Shown here in pieces: positions 32,284-48,803 of a stretch of 64,000 nt of DNA (positions are counted from its first letter, which is position 1; each line of letters starts with the position of its first letter). The position numbers and the translations under genes are program-made. Origin of the DNA: the human T2T-CHM13v2.0 reference genome, Homo sapiens; assembly GCF_009914755.1 (NCBI RefSeq), contig NC_060947.1. One strand, 5' to 3'. The notes beneath the pieces were generated by a model, which saw only the letters and a list, made by a program, of their open reading frames with translations, was not told the origin of the DNA and made no database searches.

Positions 32284-33024
32284 GGGACAGATTTTTACCA
32301 CTGAACCAGATAAGATCTTTCTTAAGTAAAAATAAAAAGTGTCTTATTGTCACTTACACATTCCTTAAAATTAGATACAGTTCTCTAGCCCACTGCTACT
32401 TAAGACATCTCATCTATTATAATATACATAGTATACATACCAGATGAAAATAGAAGCAAGTGGAACTATTTGGGAATGCAGCTTGCCGTGCCAGAGAAGT
32501 TTTCATGTTGTAGTTTTAGTGAATATTTTTAGGGTTAGGATAACATTTCCTGATGTTTTCGGTGATTAGTATTGTACAGTAACACTATGCCAAAGTAGTT
32601 CTCTGTCACAATTGTTAGAGGGACTGCTTATCAAGTCTGTCTGCTGTCTCTGAACTTTATTGTAGCTTCTTCCAACAGAAACATTCTACTTCACTGTTTA
32701 ATACAGTTGCACTACCTCATGATCCTGACTCCCCACACTCAAAAGAAGGCTTAGTATGCATCTGTATGCAACAGGAAACTTCAATTACCTTAGTAGAATG
32801 ATCACTTTTCTAGTCAATTCTTTAACTCTCATTTCATGCTTAAAATCTCAGATCAAATTAGGAAAGATTACAACTAAGATAAATCCAGGGCCTATTTCAA
32901 CATGTTTTCCTTGTAAACTAGTTTCTCTTGCCAAAATAATGTACTTTGTTTAAAATAGAGGTCACAACTTGGCCCCTTGAGAGCCAAATTTAGCCTGCAG
33001 TTATGGCTTGGCCCTTTCTAAGTT

Positions 33025-33076
33025 TACACACACACACACACACGCGCGCGCGCGTGCATGCACACGTGTGTATGTG
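33025..33076. repeat. Alternating purine-pyrimidine tract (CA)n(CG)6...(TG)n
   Basis: 52 bp of uninterrupted YR alternation. Confidence 0.9.
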
Positions 33077-33308
33077 AATGAGTTATCCATATAAAAACCC
33101 AGATTTCCAGCTTCTTTTTAAAACAGCTGAGGGGCTGGCAATCAGAGCACAATACTGGGAAACAGAGCAATTGCCAGCTAGAACAGACTGGCAGCAGCTC
33201 CAATGTGCTTACCTGCCCAGCCACTGAAAACAATTTAGTTATGTGACTCCTGGTTTACATGCATTGTTTGTTCAATTCAATAAAGTATCTCCCTCATTCC
33301 TGAGATGA

Positions 33309-33716
<408 letters not shown>

Positions 33717-34526
33717 GGTACTCTAAGCTTTTTAAACAACTACTATCAGATGAGAAATCTTTAAATCACAGGCCCCGGCAAAAGGAAATATTAAGTATGG
33801 AAATACTTTCGATTTTGGTTGCCTCACAGAATCAAAGTGGGCAGAAAATCTCGGAATTCAAGTTGAGGAACGTAATACAGAAATCAGTATGGCTCTGTCC
33901 CATAATAATTATTCTGCATCTTATCTCTAATCCTGTTGCCACTTGGGTCTCCTGTGGGTAGAGGTCTATGACAATAACTTCTTTCTTGTTGCCAACCTTG
34001 ATGATTATAATACTAGTTGACCAAATGTTCCCCTTTTGGATGCTTCTGACGGTGTTCTGTTGGAAGAGACAGGGTCTTCCCTGCTCATGGAAAGACTTTG
34101 TTTTCCCTTTATGGATTTATAATAGCATATGGGTAACAGAATTGTACTGCAATGAAGCATATGGCAAGTATTTTAAAAAATGGAGTTTAACCTTAAAGCA
34201 TGTGCGTACAAATTTCTGAGAAACAAATCCTTGTCTGAACACTACAAGTGTAGATGTGATCATTTGTTTAGTCATCATTTAACATTTAATACTTGCTCAT
34301 TGTGTCTAGGATACTGAAAAAGATAGCCCTGACAATTCCTGCTTTGATGTAACTGGAGATACATTAAATGAAAGTTTTAACATCACAAAGAGCCTCCACT
34401 GGAGACATATCATTAAAAATCTAGGATTCAGCAAGAGTCTCTAGAGAAATAATTTAGGAGACTAGACACTATAAACAACTGAAGGGTTTTCTTGGTATGA
34501 TGTGTAGCTGTCAAACTGAAGCACCG

Positions 34527-34960
34527 ATACGGGCTGAATTTTGTTCCCCCAAAAAGATATGTTGAAGTCCTAACTCCCAGTGACTCAGAATGTAATCTTA
34601 TTTGGAAACAGGGTCTTTAGAGAGGTAATCAAGTTAAAAGGAATACTTAGGGTGGGTTCTAACCCATTACGACTGGTGTCCTTATAAAAAGAGGAAATGT
34701 GGACACAATTACACACAGAAAGATGGTATGAAGACAAAGGACTCCAGTGATACATTTACAAGCCATGGAATGCCTGAGACTACCAGAAGTTAGGAGAGAG
34801 ACCTGGGACAGATCCTTCCCAGGTCCCTTCAGAGGGAGCATGGCTCTGCCAACACCATGACTTCAGACTTCTGGCCTCCAGAACTGCGAGGCAACACATA
34901 TCTGCTGTTTTAAGCCACCCAGTTTGTAGTACTTTGTTAAGGCAGCCCTGGGAAACTGAT
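34527..34960 (+). mobile_element. MLT1B/C-like LTR
   Basis: 'gggctgaatt...cccccaaaaagatatgttgaagtcctaac...ttaagccacccagtttgtagtactttgtta'. Confidence 0.8.
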
Positions 34961-35349
34961 ATTACATAAAAGCACCTTTCAAAACTACATTTTCTTATTA
35001 TATAAGGAGGGTCTTTTTAAATGCCAAATTTTCTTTATCTTAAATGTTTTGACATGGATTTGCATGCTCTTTTATAAGACCTAAAAATCTTACCACTGCT
35101 GATATTTAAAAAATTAATACCTATTTAACATTTGATCCATAATATAAGTGAACAATGTCAATGACTCCCTAATGCTCAAGTCAATGGATTCTATTTTTCA
35201 GGTCCCATTAAGGTCAGTAAGAAAGCCTTACGTAGTATCATTATAGAGAGGAGAAAGGAATGAATAGGAAACATAACAAATATGAGTAGTTTGAGGATTA
35301 GAAGAAATCATTTAACTTTTTGTAAAGCTATAAAGTTATCAGTAAGGGC

Positions 35350-35694
<345 letters not shown>

Positions 35695-36319
35695 TCATTA
35701 TATTCAATTCTATTGATTATCTCTTCTGTGTTTTTAAAGAGTTCTCAGATATTAGTTTGTTTTTCAAGTTTAGTGTCCATTAATCTCCTTTCCATTCACT
35801 TAGAAAATAGGTTTTAAAACTGCCATAATATCTCCTATTCATCATCAGAGTCACACCCCATTTTCTTCATTTTACTCACATGTAACTGTAACTGTGTTTT
35901 CTTAGTTTCTGGCATAACATCTGGCATATAGGAGGTACTTGGTAAGTATTTCTTCAATGTAAATGCCAGATAGGGAACCAAATTTAGAAAAGAAATATAA
36001 TACAAGTATTCAAAGCCCAAGGGCAGATGGCTGGTATGTTTTTATAGAAGTATTTACCCTTATTATTAAAATTATCTCTTGGTGTTGATGATTTTCAACA
36101 AACCACCTTATTAAAAAGTATAAATTGTTTTGAGACCTCTAACAAAGCAGGGATACTTCATCTGCTTGGTAAGGTTTGTCTCATGCACCTCCTCCAAGTG
36201 TTTTGACTTAATCCTTTCTTTGGAAATAAGCTATTTGCCTAAAAGCTATTTGATTTCCTTGGTCTCTAAGCTGTCCCTTTCTCCTTTTGAATGACCGGCC
36301 CAATGATCAGTACAGTGGG

Positions 36320-37226
36320 GAGGTTCTGACGGTCTTTATGACCCTTGCCTTCTGGTATTCATGCCCTTGTGCTATCTCCTCACTTTACTTTGAGTGTGGG
36401 TGGGACCTGTGACTTGCTTCTAGCCAGCAGAATTTGGCAAAGATGGATGTCACTTTCATGATCATGTAACCTAAAATTATGACCTCTGTCTTGTTAGCAG
36501 ACTCTATTGACTCTTCCTTGCTGGCTATGATGAAGGAAGCCACCATACAGACAGGTTCTTTCCCATAATACAAGTGCTATTAGTTTTTACTGCTGCACAA
36601 TAAATTACCATAAATTTAGCAGACAAATACTACATGTATTTATTATCTCACAGTTTTTATGGATCAGTAGTCTGAGTACTGCTCAACTGGGTCCTCTGCT
36701 CAGGGTCTCGCAAAGTTGTAATCAAGGTGCCAGCCAGGGCTGTGGTCCAATCTGAGGATCAGGTTCCTCTTCCAGGCTCACTGGGTGCTAGCAGAATTAA
36801 ATTTCTTGCAGTTGTAGGACTGAGGACTTCCGATCCTAAAGGCTGTCCACCACTCCCTGGCACATGGCCCTCTCCCTAAATATGGCAGCTGGCTTCTTCA
36901 AGCCCAACAGGAGAGCATCTCTGCTGTTTTGAATCTCTCTGACTTCTTCCATGTCAAACTTTTAGAGCCTCTTAGAAAGGGCTAATCTGATTAGGTCATG
37001 GCCACTTAGGACTATCTCTTATTTGCTTAACTTCAAGTCAACTAACAAGGAATTTTAATTACATCTGCAAAATCTTTTATCTTTTCCACATAATGTAACG
37101 AAGCAAAGACGTGACATGCCGTCATATTCACTGGTCCAACCCACACTCATGAGGAAGGGATTATTGAGAGCATGTGGCACCAGCAGGTGAGAAACTTGGG
37201 GTTCATCTTAGAATTCTGCCTACCAC
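36320..37226. mobile_element. Adjacent MLT1-type LTR fragments
   Basis: 'tgagtgtgggtgggacctgtgacttgcttctagcc' on the + strand; 'ttattatctcacagt...cttagaattctgcctaccac' in the opposite orientation. Confidence 0.6.
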
Positions 37227-37628
37227 GACTGGCATATCTTACTACCACTTGTGAGCTTTACTTCCACTTGACTCTGATAGTTTATATTTTAGTATTTTTG
37301 CAATACTGTACTATCATTGCAACAGCCACTTTTTATTATATTTACCTTTAATAAAATTAAAATTCTACTAAATGTAACATTTACACAGAAGACTATTTTT
37401 TAAGATTTCAAAATCACATCTATTCTGAACTAACATCCTTACAACCCCTGTGCACGAAACGCAAAGATGAAGTTTCTTTTTCTTTGTTTAAATGGGGCAA
37501 TGGTCACTGTGACTGAAGAATAAAGTGTTCTATTTACAAGCTAGAATGGGGAAAATGAAGATACTTTGCTTTGTTGAATAAGTAGTACCTGAGAGCATAA
37601 GCAAACAATGTTTCTATCAGAGTAGACT

Positions 37629-38053
37629 TGATAGGGTTTGGATGTTTGTTCCCTCTAAATCTCATCTTGAAATGTAATCCCCAGTGTTGGAGGTGGGGCC
37701 TGGTGGGAGGTATTTAGGTCATGGGAGCAGATTCCTCATGAATGCCTGGGTGCTTTCCTCTCCCATAATGACTGAGTTCTCACTCAGAGTTCATGTGACA
37801 TCTGGTTGGTTAAAAGAATGTGGCACTTCCACCCTCTCCCTCTTGCTTCCTCTTTCGCCTTCCATGTGACGTGCCTGCTCCCGCTTTGCTTTCTGCCATG
37901 AGTAAAAGCTAACTGAAGCCTCACCAGAAGCTGAGCAGATGCCACTAAGCTCCCTGTAGAGCCTACAGAACCATGAGCCAATTAAACCTCTTTTCTTTAT
38001 AAATTACCCAGCCTCAGGTAATTCCTTATAGCAACATAAAAATGGACTGACAC
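37629..38053 (+). mobile_element. MSTB-like MaLR LTR
   Basis: 'tgatagggtttggatgtttgttccctctaaatctcat...aattacccagcctcagg...aatggactgacaca'. Confidence 0.85.
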
Positions 38054-38162
38054 AAGACTTAGCAGCTTTATCCTTCCTATTCTTTGTGGCAGAGCACTGT
38101 GTGACTGAACCAAATGTGGTTACCACTGTCAATGCCAGGAAAAGCTGAAATGAGCAAGCCTA

Positions 38163-38651
<489 letters not shown>

Positions 38652-38740
38652 TCAGGGGTAAATGCATTTTGCATACTTCTATATTTTAAAATTATTTTTG
38701 CCCCCATTTTGTCAATTGCTAATGCCAAGTACCTCCTAAT

Positions 38741-38976
38741 TTTATTAATACTTATCAATGTTAACAGTGGAACTGACCAGATATAGTTTATTAAAATATG
38801 TTCATTATAAACAATTTTACCTCAGTTTTGTAAAAATTGTAAATACATCAAAAACTGTTACAGTGTCGTAAGATTGCAAATATTGCCTTATAAAATTATA
38901 AAGAAGTAAAATTGTTTAGTAAAAACTAGGAAATATCTTATTTCAATTTTCCACATATAAAAATATATTTTTTATT
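38741..38976 (-). terminator. RPGR: Poly(A) signal cluster of the RPGR exon 19 3'UTR (AATAAA at 38971-76, 38787-92, 38741-46)
   Basis: Three tttatt hexamers on the + strand, 250-480 nt downstream of the stop. Confidence 0.65.
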
Positions 38977-39223
38977 GCAATACTGAACAGTTAAGGCCAC
39001 AACACTTTAGGGAGAATTTGAGATACACATATTTTGAAATGACTTGTTAAAAATATTAGCATAAATAAATATCAAAACTGGTCACACTTATAGAAGCTGA
39101 ATAAAACATATTAAGTCTTATATCTTTTAAAGACTACTATCAGAAACTTTACTTCATAAGTTATAACATTTTTCAAGTATACATTACAATACACTTGGTG
39201 ACTGTGAAAACATAAATATATAT

Positions 39224-39430
39224 TTATAGTATTGTACAGGATTTTGATCTTCTCTCTGTATTTGTTGGTGGGATATTCTGATGATTCTGACTCATGTGGT
39301 TCTGGTCGGCATCTTTATTATCACTTTTTAAAATGATCTGGTCTCCTATGGATTTTATCTCTGGGAGCGGCTCATTGTTATTCTTGACAATCTTTTGATT
39401 TATTGAGGGGACTCTTTTGAACAGAAAAAT
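39224..39430 (-). CDS. RPGR: RPGR exon 19 coding part (207 nt; IFLFKRVPSIN...RRSKSCTIL*), C-terminal CaaX prenylation motif
   Basis: Acceptor tttttcctag|; TAA at 39224-26 preceded by C-T-I-L. Confidence 0.95.
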   Translation of the reverse strand: MFLFKRVPSINQKIVKNNNEPLPEIKSIGDQIILKSDNKDADQNHMSQNHQNIPPTNTERRSKSCTIL

Positions 39431-39930
39431 CTAGGAAAAAAACCACACACACAAATATTCATTTCCATAAGTGAAACATTCACTTAACAGTATTTAGGGG
39501 ATATCATTTTCAACACGTAAGAACATGATTTTGTCATCTCTTTATGGGGCACCACATGTACTATGGTGCATTCTTAGCATCTGTTAGAGTTTTTCCTTTC
39601 ACCAAAAGGCAGTCAGGATTCCACCCTAAAACAAGACCTCTCAGGGTCTAACATTCAACACCATCAACACCTTGGTGATATCTTTTTCTTCAAAGAACAA
39701 ATTTAATGTTTCACTTTGTTAAGTTGTAAGAGAAAAAATATATAAAAACCTATTTAAAGTTACCTATTGTAACTTTTAAATGTATCCAGGAGGGGTCATT
39801 TTCAGGACATGTCTGTGATTCTCAGTGTATCGCAGCTACAGTGAATTTCTATTGTAATATTCTGAAGAAGGACGATGTACCTCCCCATTCCTGTAGATGA
39901 GAACTTCTGGCAAAAAAGTTAATGCTGCTT

Positions 39931-40295
<365 letters not shown>

Positions 40296-41896
40296 TCAAA
40301 TATACAGAGCTGCTGCTCAGGGGAGGCTGGGGCTGCAGATATGTAGAATATAGATAATAGCTGAGAGATGAAAGTAGCCCCGATAACCCAGAGATTCCAG
40401 GCAGGTAGAAAACAGAATATAAGAAAAGAGGCAAAAAGAGCAGAGTGAGAGGCAGGCAGAAGAGGAGCTAGAACTGAGGACCAAGGTTTGTAGGTGCAAA
40501 ATTGGGAAAACTAGGCAGCTCAGAAGTCAGGAGAGAAAAATACATCAAGAAGGGAGTGGCCAACAGGGCATGTATGCAGAAGAGATGAAGGTGATAAAAG
40601 TTTCATTTGATTTAGGCCCTTTGAGAATGTAGCCAGGAAGAAAATAGGATTATTGAAGAGTGGTAACACAAATAATGGTTTTGACAAGATGCCAAAACAA
40701 AAAGCAGGAAACAAAAACCAGGTGAAAATTTGGCTCTTCCAGAAATAAAAATGGTGCTAATAATAATAGCTTACTTCTAGCTTTAAAGAGTGGAGAAACT
40801 AGGGTAAAAAGTGATAATCCAAAAAGTAAGAATCTAGAAAAAGGATCTATGGATTAAAATGGAAGAACTCCTGTTCCTGCTATGGTGAAGAAATACACAA
40901 CTTCAAAAAGACTGCCACTATAAAATACCAAGAAATGCTGATTAAGTATAAAAAATATAATTTTATAATGTGCAGGTAATCTCCCCAAAAACTAAGGGAA
41001 ATCCTTGTAGACCAAAAAAGAAAGAAGGAACAGGAAGCCTCAGAGGTCATTAAGAACTGAAATAGCATCTGCTGACTCATAACTTAGACTTTTAACTTTG
41101 AAACAATTTGATCTCACAAAATGAGGGGAACTGGAACTGAGACCCCTACATAATGTGAGGACCTTCTAAGTACTATGCCCTTAATATAAGTCTACCTACA
41201 AACATTGTGGTCTACCCTTAAATGAGAAATGAACTTAAAGTGGTCCTTCAGTCACTCCAGAGCTAATAAAGGCTAATGCAAACTCTCTATAGATAGACTT
41301 ACTCTAACAGAGGCCTTAAAGGATTTCCACAAAAAAAGTACCAGTGAAACATGAACTCACAATACAAATTTCAAAACACATATGGAAACTAATCACCATT
41401 AGCAAGTCAGCCAAAGCAACACACATTTAGACTGCTAAGGATGACACTGGAATTACTAAATACAGAATGTAAACTAAGTGTGCTTAAATTAAAAGACTAG
41501 AATAAAAAAAGTAAGCATAAAACAAGATACTGATTTTAAAAGACCAGATTGATTTGAAAAAGAACAAAAATACAACTTCACTTAAAATGTGAAAGATGTT
41601 ATCACTGAAATTAAAACTTTAAATAGGTAGGTTAAATAGCCAAGTAGTCTCAGCTGAAGAGAAACTATGAAATTGATGAAGGCCCTGAAATTACCCAGAA
41701 TATCACTTACACATAGAAAACAAGAAGGTGATATTAAAAGACATGTACCCATAAAATAAAAAGTTTTATATCAGAATTTGAAAGAGGGGAGAGAAAATAT
41801 TCAAATATATAATGGATGAGAATTTTAAAAAAATTGACAAATGACATGAATTCTCAGATTCAAGAGTCATAATAAATTCCAAGTAAGTTAAAATTA

Positions 41897-42204
<308 letters not shown>

Positions 42205-42983
42205 ATCCATACTTAAGCATCTCATAGTGAACTGAAACACACCAAAGACAATCTAAAAAGCAGCCATAGAGAAATGGCAGGTTATATACAAAGTTATCAG
42301 CAATTATACTAAAGCAAAATTATAGACAGCAATAATGGGAGCAGATACTAAGAGAAAATAACTGTCAACGAGCCACACTATCATTCAAGAACTATGGTAA
42401 AATAAAGACATTTTCAAGTGAACAGAAACTAAAAGTTTTAACTGTCAACAGACATCTGTGATAGGAACTTCCAAAATATTTCTTCAGGAAGAATAAGAAT
42501 TCCAGAGGGGACATCTGAGTAAAAAAGTAGTATAAAAAATACTAAAAACATACGATTTGTGATGTTAAAAAATTTTAAATACTGGGTACCATAACTTCTA
42601 AAATAAGAAAGAAGAGGTGATAGGCAAGAAAATTCTTCTAAGGTCCTGGCATTATTTGGGAAAAAGATAGGAACATTGATGAGCTTTAGATTTTAGGTAT
42701 GCATGTTAAAAATGTCAAAGACAAAATCCAGCTGTATAGGCCATTTACAAGAGACACATCTAAAACATAAGCTAAAGTAAAAGGATGAAAAGAAGATCAT
42801 CATTCAAATGCTAACCAAAGGAAAGGTAGTATATTAAAAATATGCGACATCACCTGAAATTCTTCAGGTTTTGGGGCCATGAAAACTCATATTAAGAGAG
42901 TTAAATTATGTGGATTGCCATATGAAAAGTAAAACAAACAATTGAATTCAAAAGGATCAAAAAAGACAATTCATTTCACTTAC

Positions 42984-43075
42984 CTTCTTTGTTTTTTTCA
43001 TGTCTTTGCTTGGTGTTGTTTCACTGTTTTCTAGGATTTCTAATGAACTGCTATCTGCATCATCAAGCATGTATC
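42984..43075 (-). CDS. RPGR: RPGR exon 18 (92 nt; (G)YMLDDADSSSLEILENSETTPSKDMKKTKK)
   Basis: Acceptor tgtag| and donor AAG|gtaagt. Confidence 0.93.
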
Positions 43076-44030
43076 CTACAATTGGATCATTCAGAAATAC
43101 TAGTTTTAACTAATAGGAAAAAGACAAGACCTGATGCTCTCAGTGAAACTCTATGAACCCTGAGTTGTGGGGTAATACGAAAAGAGCTCACCCCTGGAGT
43201 AGTGGACAACATCTACACTGCATATTTCCTGAAAAGTTGAGTTAAAGTGAAAAGCCCAGAATGACCTCACCAAAGTTGTAAATGTTTAGATGACCAGTAT
43301 CCAAATATAGCTACAAAGGTAATAGTCAATGTTAGAGAAGACTTCTGTAAAATACAAATTACTTTAAAAATTAACCTAGTTATAATTACATTCTTTGTAC
43401 TCAAATGGACATGCTATTTTTTGGTGTTTCAAATTAATCCACATGTTCTATATCTGAATAATTATCTTCAAAGTATACTTGTGAAGCATATGCATTGTTT
43501 TAATTTTATATTATCAACTACTTTTAAGCTTATATTTAATTTCTTTGTAGTGCTTTAGGCTATATGTTAAGAATACTTATAGGTGATACATTTTTTAACA
43601 CTTGCCTAAAATATTCTAAAACTTACTACTCTTATGGCAGAAGTTAAAAGGAACAGGATTAAGGAAACTATTCATTCTTCAGCTTAAGTTTAGATCAGAT
43701 ATCCAGTATTACAGATAGTTATTTTTTTATGAGAACACAATCATACTGCCGTGTGATGGTGTGGAAACAATGTGGGAGTCATACTACAGAAACACAGATG
43801 ATTTGTGTCTAGATTATGTAGATCTCAAGGGCAATCACAGTCTCCTCTATTCCACAGCACCTGCTCTCTGACACTGATAGGTAGGCTTGGGAAAGGACTT
43901 CTCTTCAGTATCTACGGTAAGACACTCAGGTCTGAGCCCTCGGGGGTAAATAACTGGGTGGCCATTGTGGCTTTAGGCCAGCCCAGTAGTCCCAACTTGG
44001 TTGGGCAATGGAGTCTAGCAGTGTGCACTA

Positions 44031-44428
<398 letters not shown>

Positions 44429-44686
44429 ATTCCTTAACATTGACACATAAGTAGCCATGAATAATGCAATATTTGTATGTGAAGAAGCTGTGGTGGTTAT
44501 ATATAAGAACAGATAAGTCTGTATCACATATTTCATAGCTTGTTATGAGGATCATGTGACAGTAAAAATTATAGCATATATGTAAACTTATATGTAAGCT
44601 TATAATTACCCAATTATGGCATACATACACATATATATGTGTGTATGTATGTATGTATATATGTATGTTATCAAATGTGCTCATAC

Positions 44687-44744
44687 CTTTTGGGTTTTCA
44701 TTGTACTCACAAATGGCCCGTTCCTCTAGGTTGGCTTTTTCTTT
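44687..44744 (-). CDS. RPGR: RPGR exon 17 (58 nt; KEKANLEERAICEYNENPK(G))
   Basis: Acceptor ttatag| and donor AAG|gtatga; phase consistent with exons 16 and 18. Confidence 0.93.
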
Positions 44745-46184
44745 CTATAAACAATAACAAAGCAATATAACAAAAAATATTTTTGTGCTGTTCTAGAAAA
44801 CTTAAGTCTGAATCTTTAAGCAGGTTCTAGAGTCTGCCTCTAGCTAATGACATAAACATGTGACAATTACTTCACTTTGCTGAGCTCTTGTAAAGTGAGG
44901 GGCCTTAGATGCTGACTGATTGCAAATGTCCTCCTAGCTTAAAATTGTGTGATTAAAAAAACTGTATGACTCAAGAATTCTCCTCAAAGAAGATTCATGA
45001 ACGCTAATTGGCATACAACTTGTCTCAACATTTTACAATGTCAAATTGGTATTTAATGATTTCTATGTTAAATAATCTTAAGGACCACCCTAACCTGAAT
45101 TCATAAATGTTCCCTATAAACAGAATCATTTTCTCCTTCTGAAATAAAACAGTAACTGCTAGAATATTTTTTTTCTTAGTGAGAGAAAGGAGTCTTGGAT
45201 AAAGAAGGAACCAAGCAAAAGAATGACCTTTACCACAATACCAATTTGTAAATTAAAAATGTATGCACACAAAACATGTTTCACAAGTACACATTCAAAT
45301 AAAATGACAAATATGTTTCAGTGGTTGTCTATGTTAGGGAAAAAGGGGAAGGGGAATGGAGCTAAAAGAGAATACATTTACATGAGAAGAGCCTTGCAAC
45401 AGACCAATGATGAGAGTGTTTCATACTAGAAGGTATGACTCAGTGTTCTGCATGAGAGGTTCAAAAAATGAAAATAAAGATGAATCAGTACAACGTCATT
45501 CACTTTGGGTTGCGGAATTCCATACTTCTGAAGTTAATCCAGAGTAGTGTTAGCAAACAAATGATTTCAAACCTACAAACTATCTCCTAGCAAGGTCACT
45601 CTCAGTCAAAACTGCCAATGGAAGAGATTATGTTTTGGGCTTCTCTAGCTCCACTTTCAGGGTGATTTTTGCTTCCTTAGTGATATCTTCTCCTATTCCT
45701 TCTATACATAATTTTGTCTAGACTGCACCTTTGAAGAACTGATCACAACTTCAAATACTGCTGTGACCAACTTTCAATCATTCACACATGTAAACATACA
45801 CAGGTGTGTGTACACATACACACCCCATTTCTGCCACCAGTGCCAGGGCTCCTAACTTTGCACTTTCAGCATTTCAAGGACTGAGTGCTGAACTTCTTGG
45901 TTAATTTCCCAACGGTGTACTATCCTGGCCCATACCATTCTACTTCCACTCATGCGGGAGGCAGAATGCTACCAAGCAGCATTCTAGAAAGTGTGCTAGA
46001 GACAAAGTTTGCTTAGTTCACAAATAAGCCAAAGCCTTTCTCTTATGGCACATGAATTCATGTATTCATGTATTCATGGGAGTATTTCTGATCCCAAAGG
46101 CAACTGGAATCTGTCCTCTGCAGAAACTAGAGAACCCATATGTTTTCTCCCAGGATCTCAGGATTTAAGCATCTATCATCATAC

Positions 46185-46370
46185 CTTTTCAATAGTTTCA
46201 GCTGAGCTATCATCATTGGTTCTTTCTGCTCCTTCTGTTTTACTGTGATAACCTGTAGGAACACTTTCATCATCTCCCACAGTTTTCTTCTTGCTTTCCA
46301 CATTTTCAGCATTAATTTCCTCATCCACATCTTCTAGTTTTAGTTCCTCAGTTTTAGAAAATTCATGATC
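46185..46370 (-). CDS. RPGR: RPGR exon 16 (186 nt; DHEFSKTEEL...SSAETIEK)
   Basis: ORF 46179..46379; acceptor tcacag| and donor AAG|gtatga. Confidence 0.95.
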
Positions 46371-47784
46371 CTGTGACAAAATTGACCATCAGAGAAGAGT
46401 AAGATTTTCTTGTTAAAAAACGAGGGATTTGATATTGCTGTCATAAATAATTTGTGTCATCTAAAAAAACCAGGAAAATATTAATTCAAATATTGAAGCC
46501 GAAGAAAAAAATACTGTACAGTCCATGCTGAATATCAAGTTACTGTATTAACAAGGATTTTACGCATGCCACTCTATTTCAATGACTAGGATTTCCAAAA
46601 TTCTTACTAGCACCCATGGCAAGGTTACAATGGAAAAAAAAAATAAATACTCTTTCTTGGTTGTCTCACAATGCTTTCAACCTTGAGAAAAGTTTAAAAA
46701 GCGTTCTGTCTACTGTAGCATTATAACATAATCATATCTATATATTATATTCATTTTCCAAAATATAGGGATTTAGAATCACTTCAGAAGTACGATTCAC
46801 TGACAGTCATGAGGAAGATAAGTATAATTATTTACATTCCAGGAAAAAAGATAAAGGAACATAGACAGTTTAAATGGTTTGCTCATGGTTATTAAAAGCA
46901 GAAGGAAAACCAAACAGAGGCAGAACTTGTTCTGTCTGGCTACTGGCCAGCTAATCCAAACGATAAAAGAGGCTGTCTATGGATTTGATAGACTGATAGT
47001 AAATCATGGAATGCTTATTAAGTATAGGCAGAAAATATTAGTTTCAGCCTTTATTCTACACTGAGATTTCTTTTTTTTTTTTAACTTTCTAATTTTGGGT
47101 GAAATACTCTGATTGTCATTAAGATATTAGGTTTCTCATTAGATTCCCCCCCATACTTTTCATTTACACACTTCACTAAAGTTATAACTTTATAGTTTAT
47201 TATAATTAAGTTTATTATAACTGCTTCTAAAATATGTGAAGCAGTTATCAGTGCCATTTACTCCTTCAAATAACATTTGTACAAAGTTCACCTTGGCAAT
47301 ATTTGCTTCAGACCATATCCCCTTCAACACTGTAATTAGCTTTTGATGGTCAGCTTTCTAGTAGCTGTCTGGCTAAGGATAAAGCCTGACTGATACTCAA
47401 CAGAATCTTTAGTAGGTGGTTGGAAAATAATGCCTCTAAAATTTAACTCACCTTTCTTCTGGTAAAAATATAAAATGCGAGAGTCCAGGCTAGGAAGAGG
47501 ATGTTTATACAGTACACCTTAATAGTAAACATTAGTGTCATCCTCAGGCCAATTGCAAAGGCGTGGCCTAATAGCATTCCCACTGAGGACAGGAAGCCCT
47601 AAGTAAATAAAGCTTTGAGATTTTAAAAAGAGTTTCAGAAGCTACTCAGGAAGAATTAGATTTAGGTTAATCCAAGGTCATGAGGCAATGTATGCAAGAG
47701 AGGAATGTGGGAGAAAGGAACATGGTACCAGGGCAGACAGCTATTTCAAATGATGATTGATTAGACTGGGTAGGGTTAACATGA

Positions 47785-48138
<354 letters not shown>

Positions 48139-48764
48139 TGATTTCCCCTTTTGAGTGACTTATATTGTGTATCATGCCTAGCCAGGTATACATTATGGGT
48201 AGCTAAAATTATCAGAAACAACTTCACTTTGAAAGGGAATGGGAAGATTACTAGATTTAAGACTTATGACTGATAGTTGTCTGCATAAATATACATAAAT
48301 GAAAGGTTAACTAAAAAGAACAGTGCTCCTGAGACAAGGAATTTCAGACTATGCCCCTCTTTTCACAGAGGGAGGGATCAGTGAGCTGTGTTCCCAGCAT
48401 AATCCTCAATTACTTGGGAAGCTTGGCTAACCTAGCACCTGGGTCAACTCCAACTGGGCTTGTTAACTGAGGTATTCATGTAACCACAGGATAATGTCAT
48501 GCTATTATAAAAAGACACGTGGGAGTTTTACCTTATTTTAGAAATAAGTAAAACACTCATAACAAACTACAATTTTACTCATTAACTTTAAACAATCTAT
48601 AACAATGAAGAACTTTTGGAACTATATCATTTTCTAAATTTGAGAAAGCTATTAGAAAATGACATTTTCACTAGAAATCACATCATAGCACTCACAGACT
48701 AAGCACATTTAAAATTATTCTAAACACATCTGGACGACTACTTGAAGTCACAGAAAGCACTTAC

Positions 48765-48803
48765 CTTTTAAACTGAAACAATTTGGGAGTGACTGGCAGA
48801 ATA
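48765..48803 (-). CDS. RPGR: RPGR alternative exon 15a (39 nt; YSASHSQIVSV*)
   Basis: Acceptor atgacag| at 48804-05, donor AAG|gtaagt, in-frame TAA at 48768-70. The peptide matches the recalled C-terminus of a truncated RPGR isoform. Confidence 0.8.
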
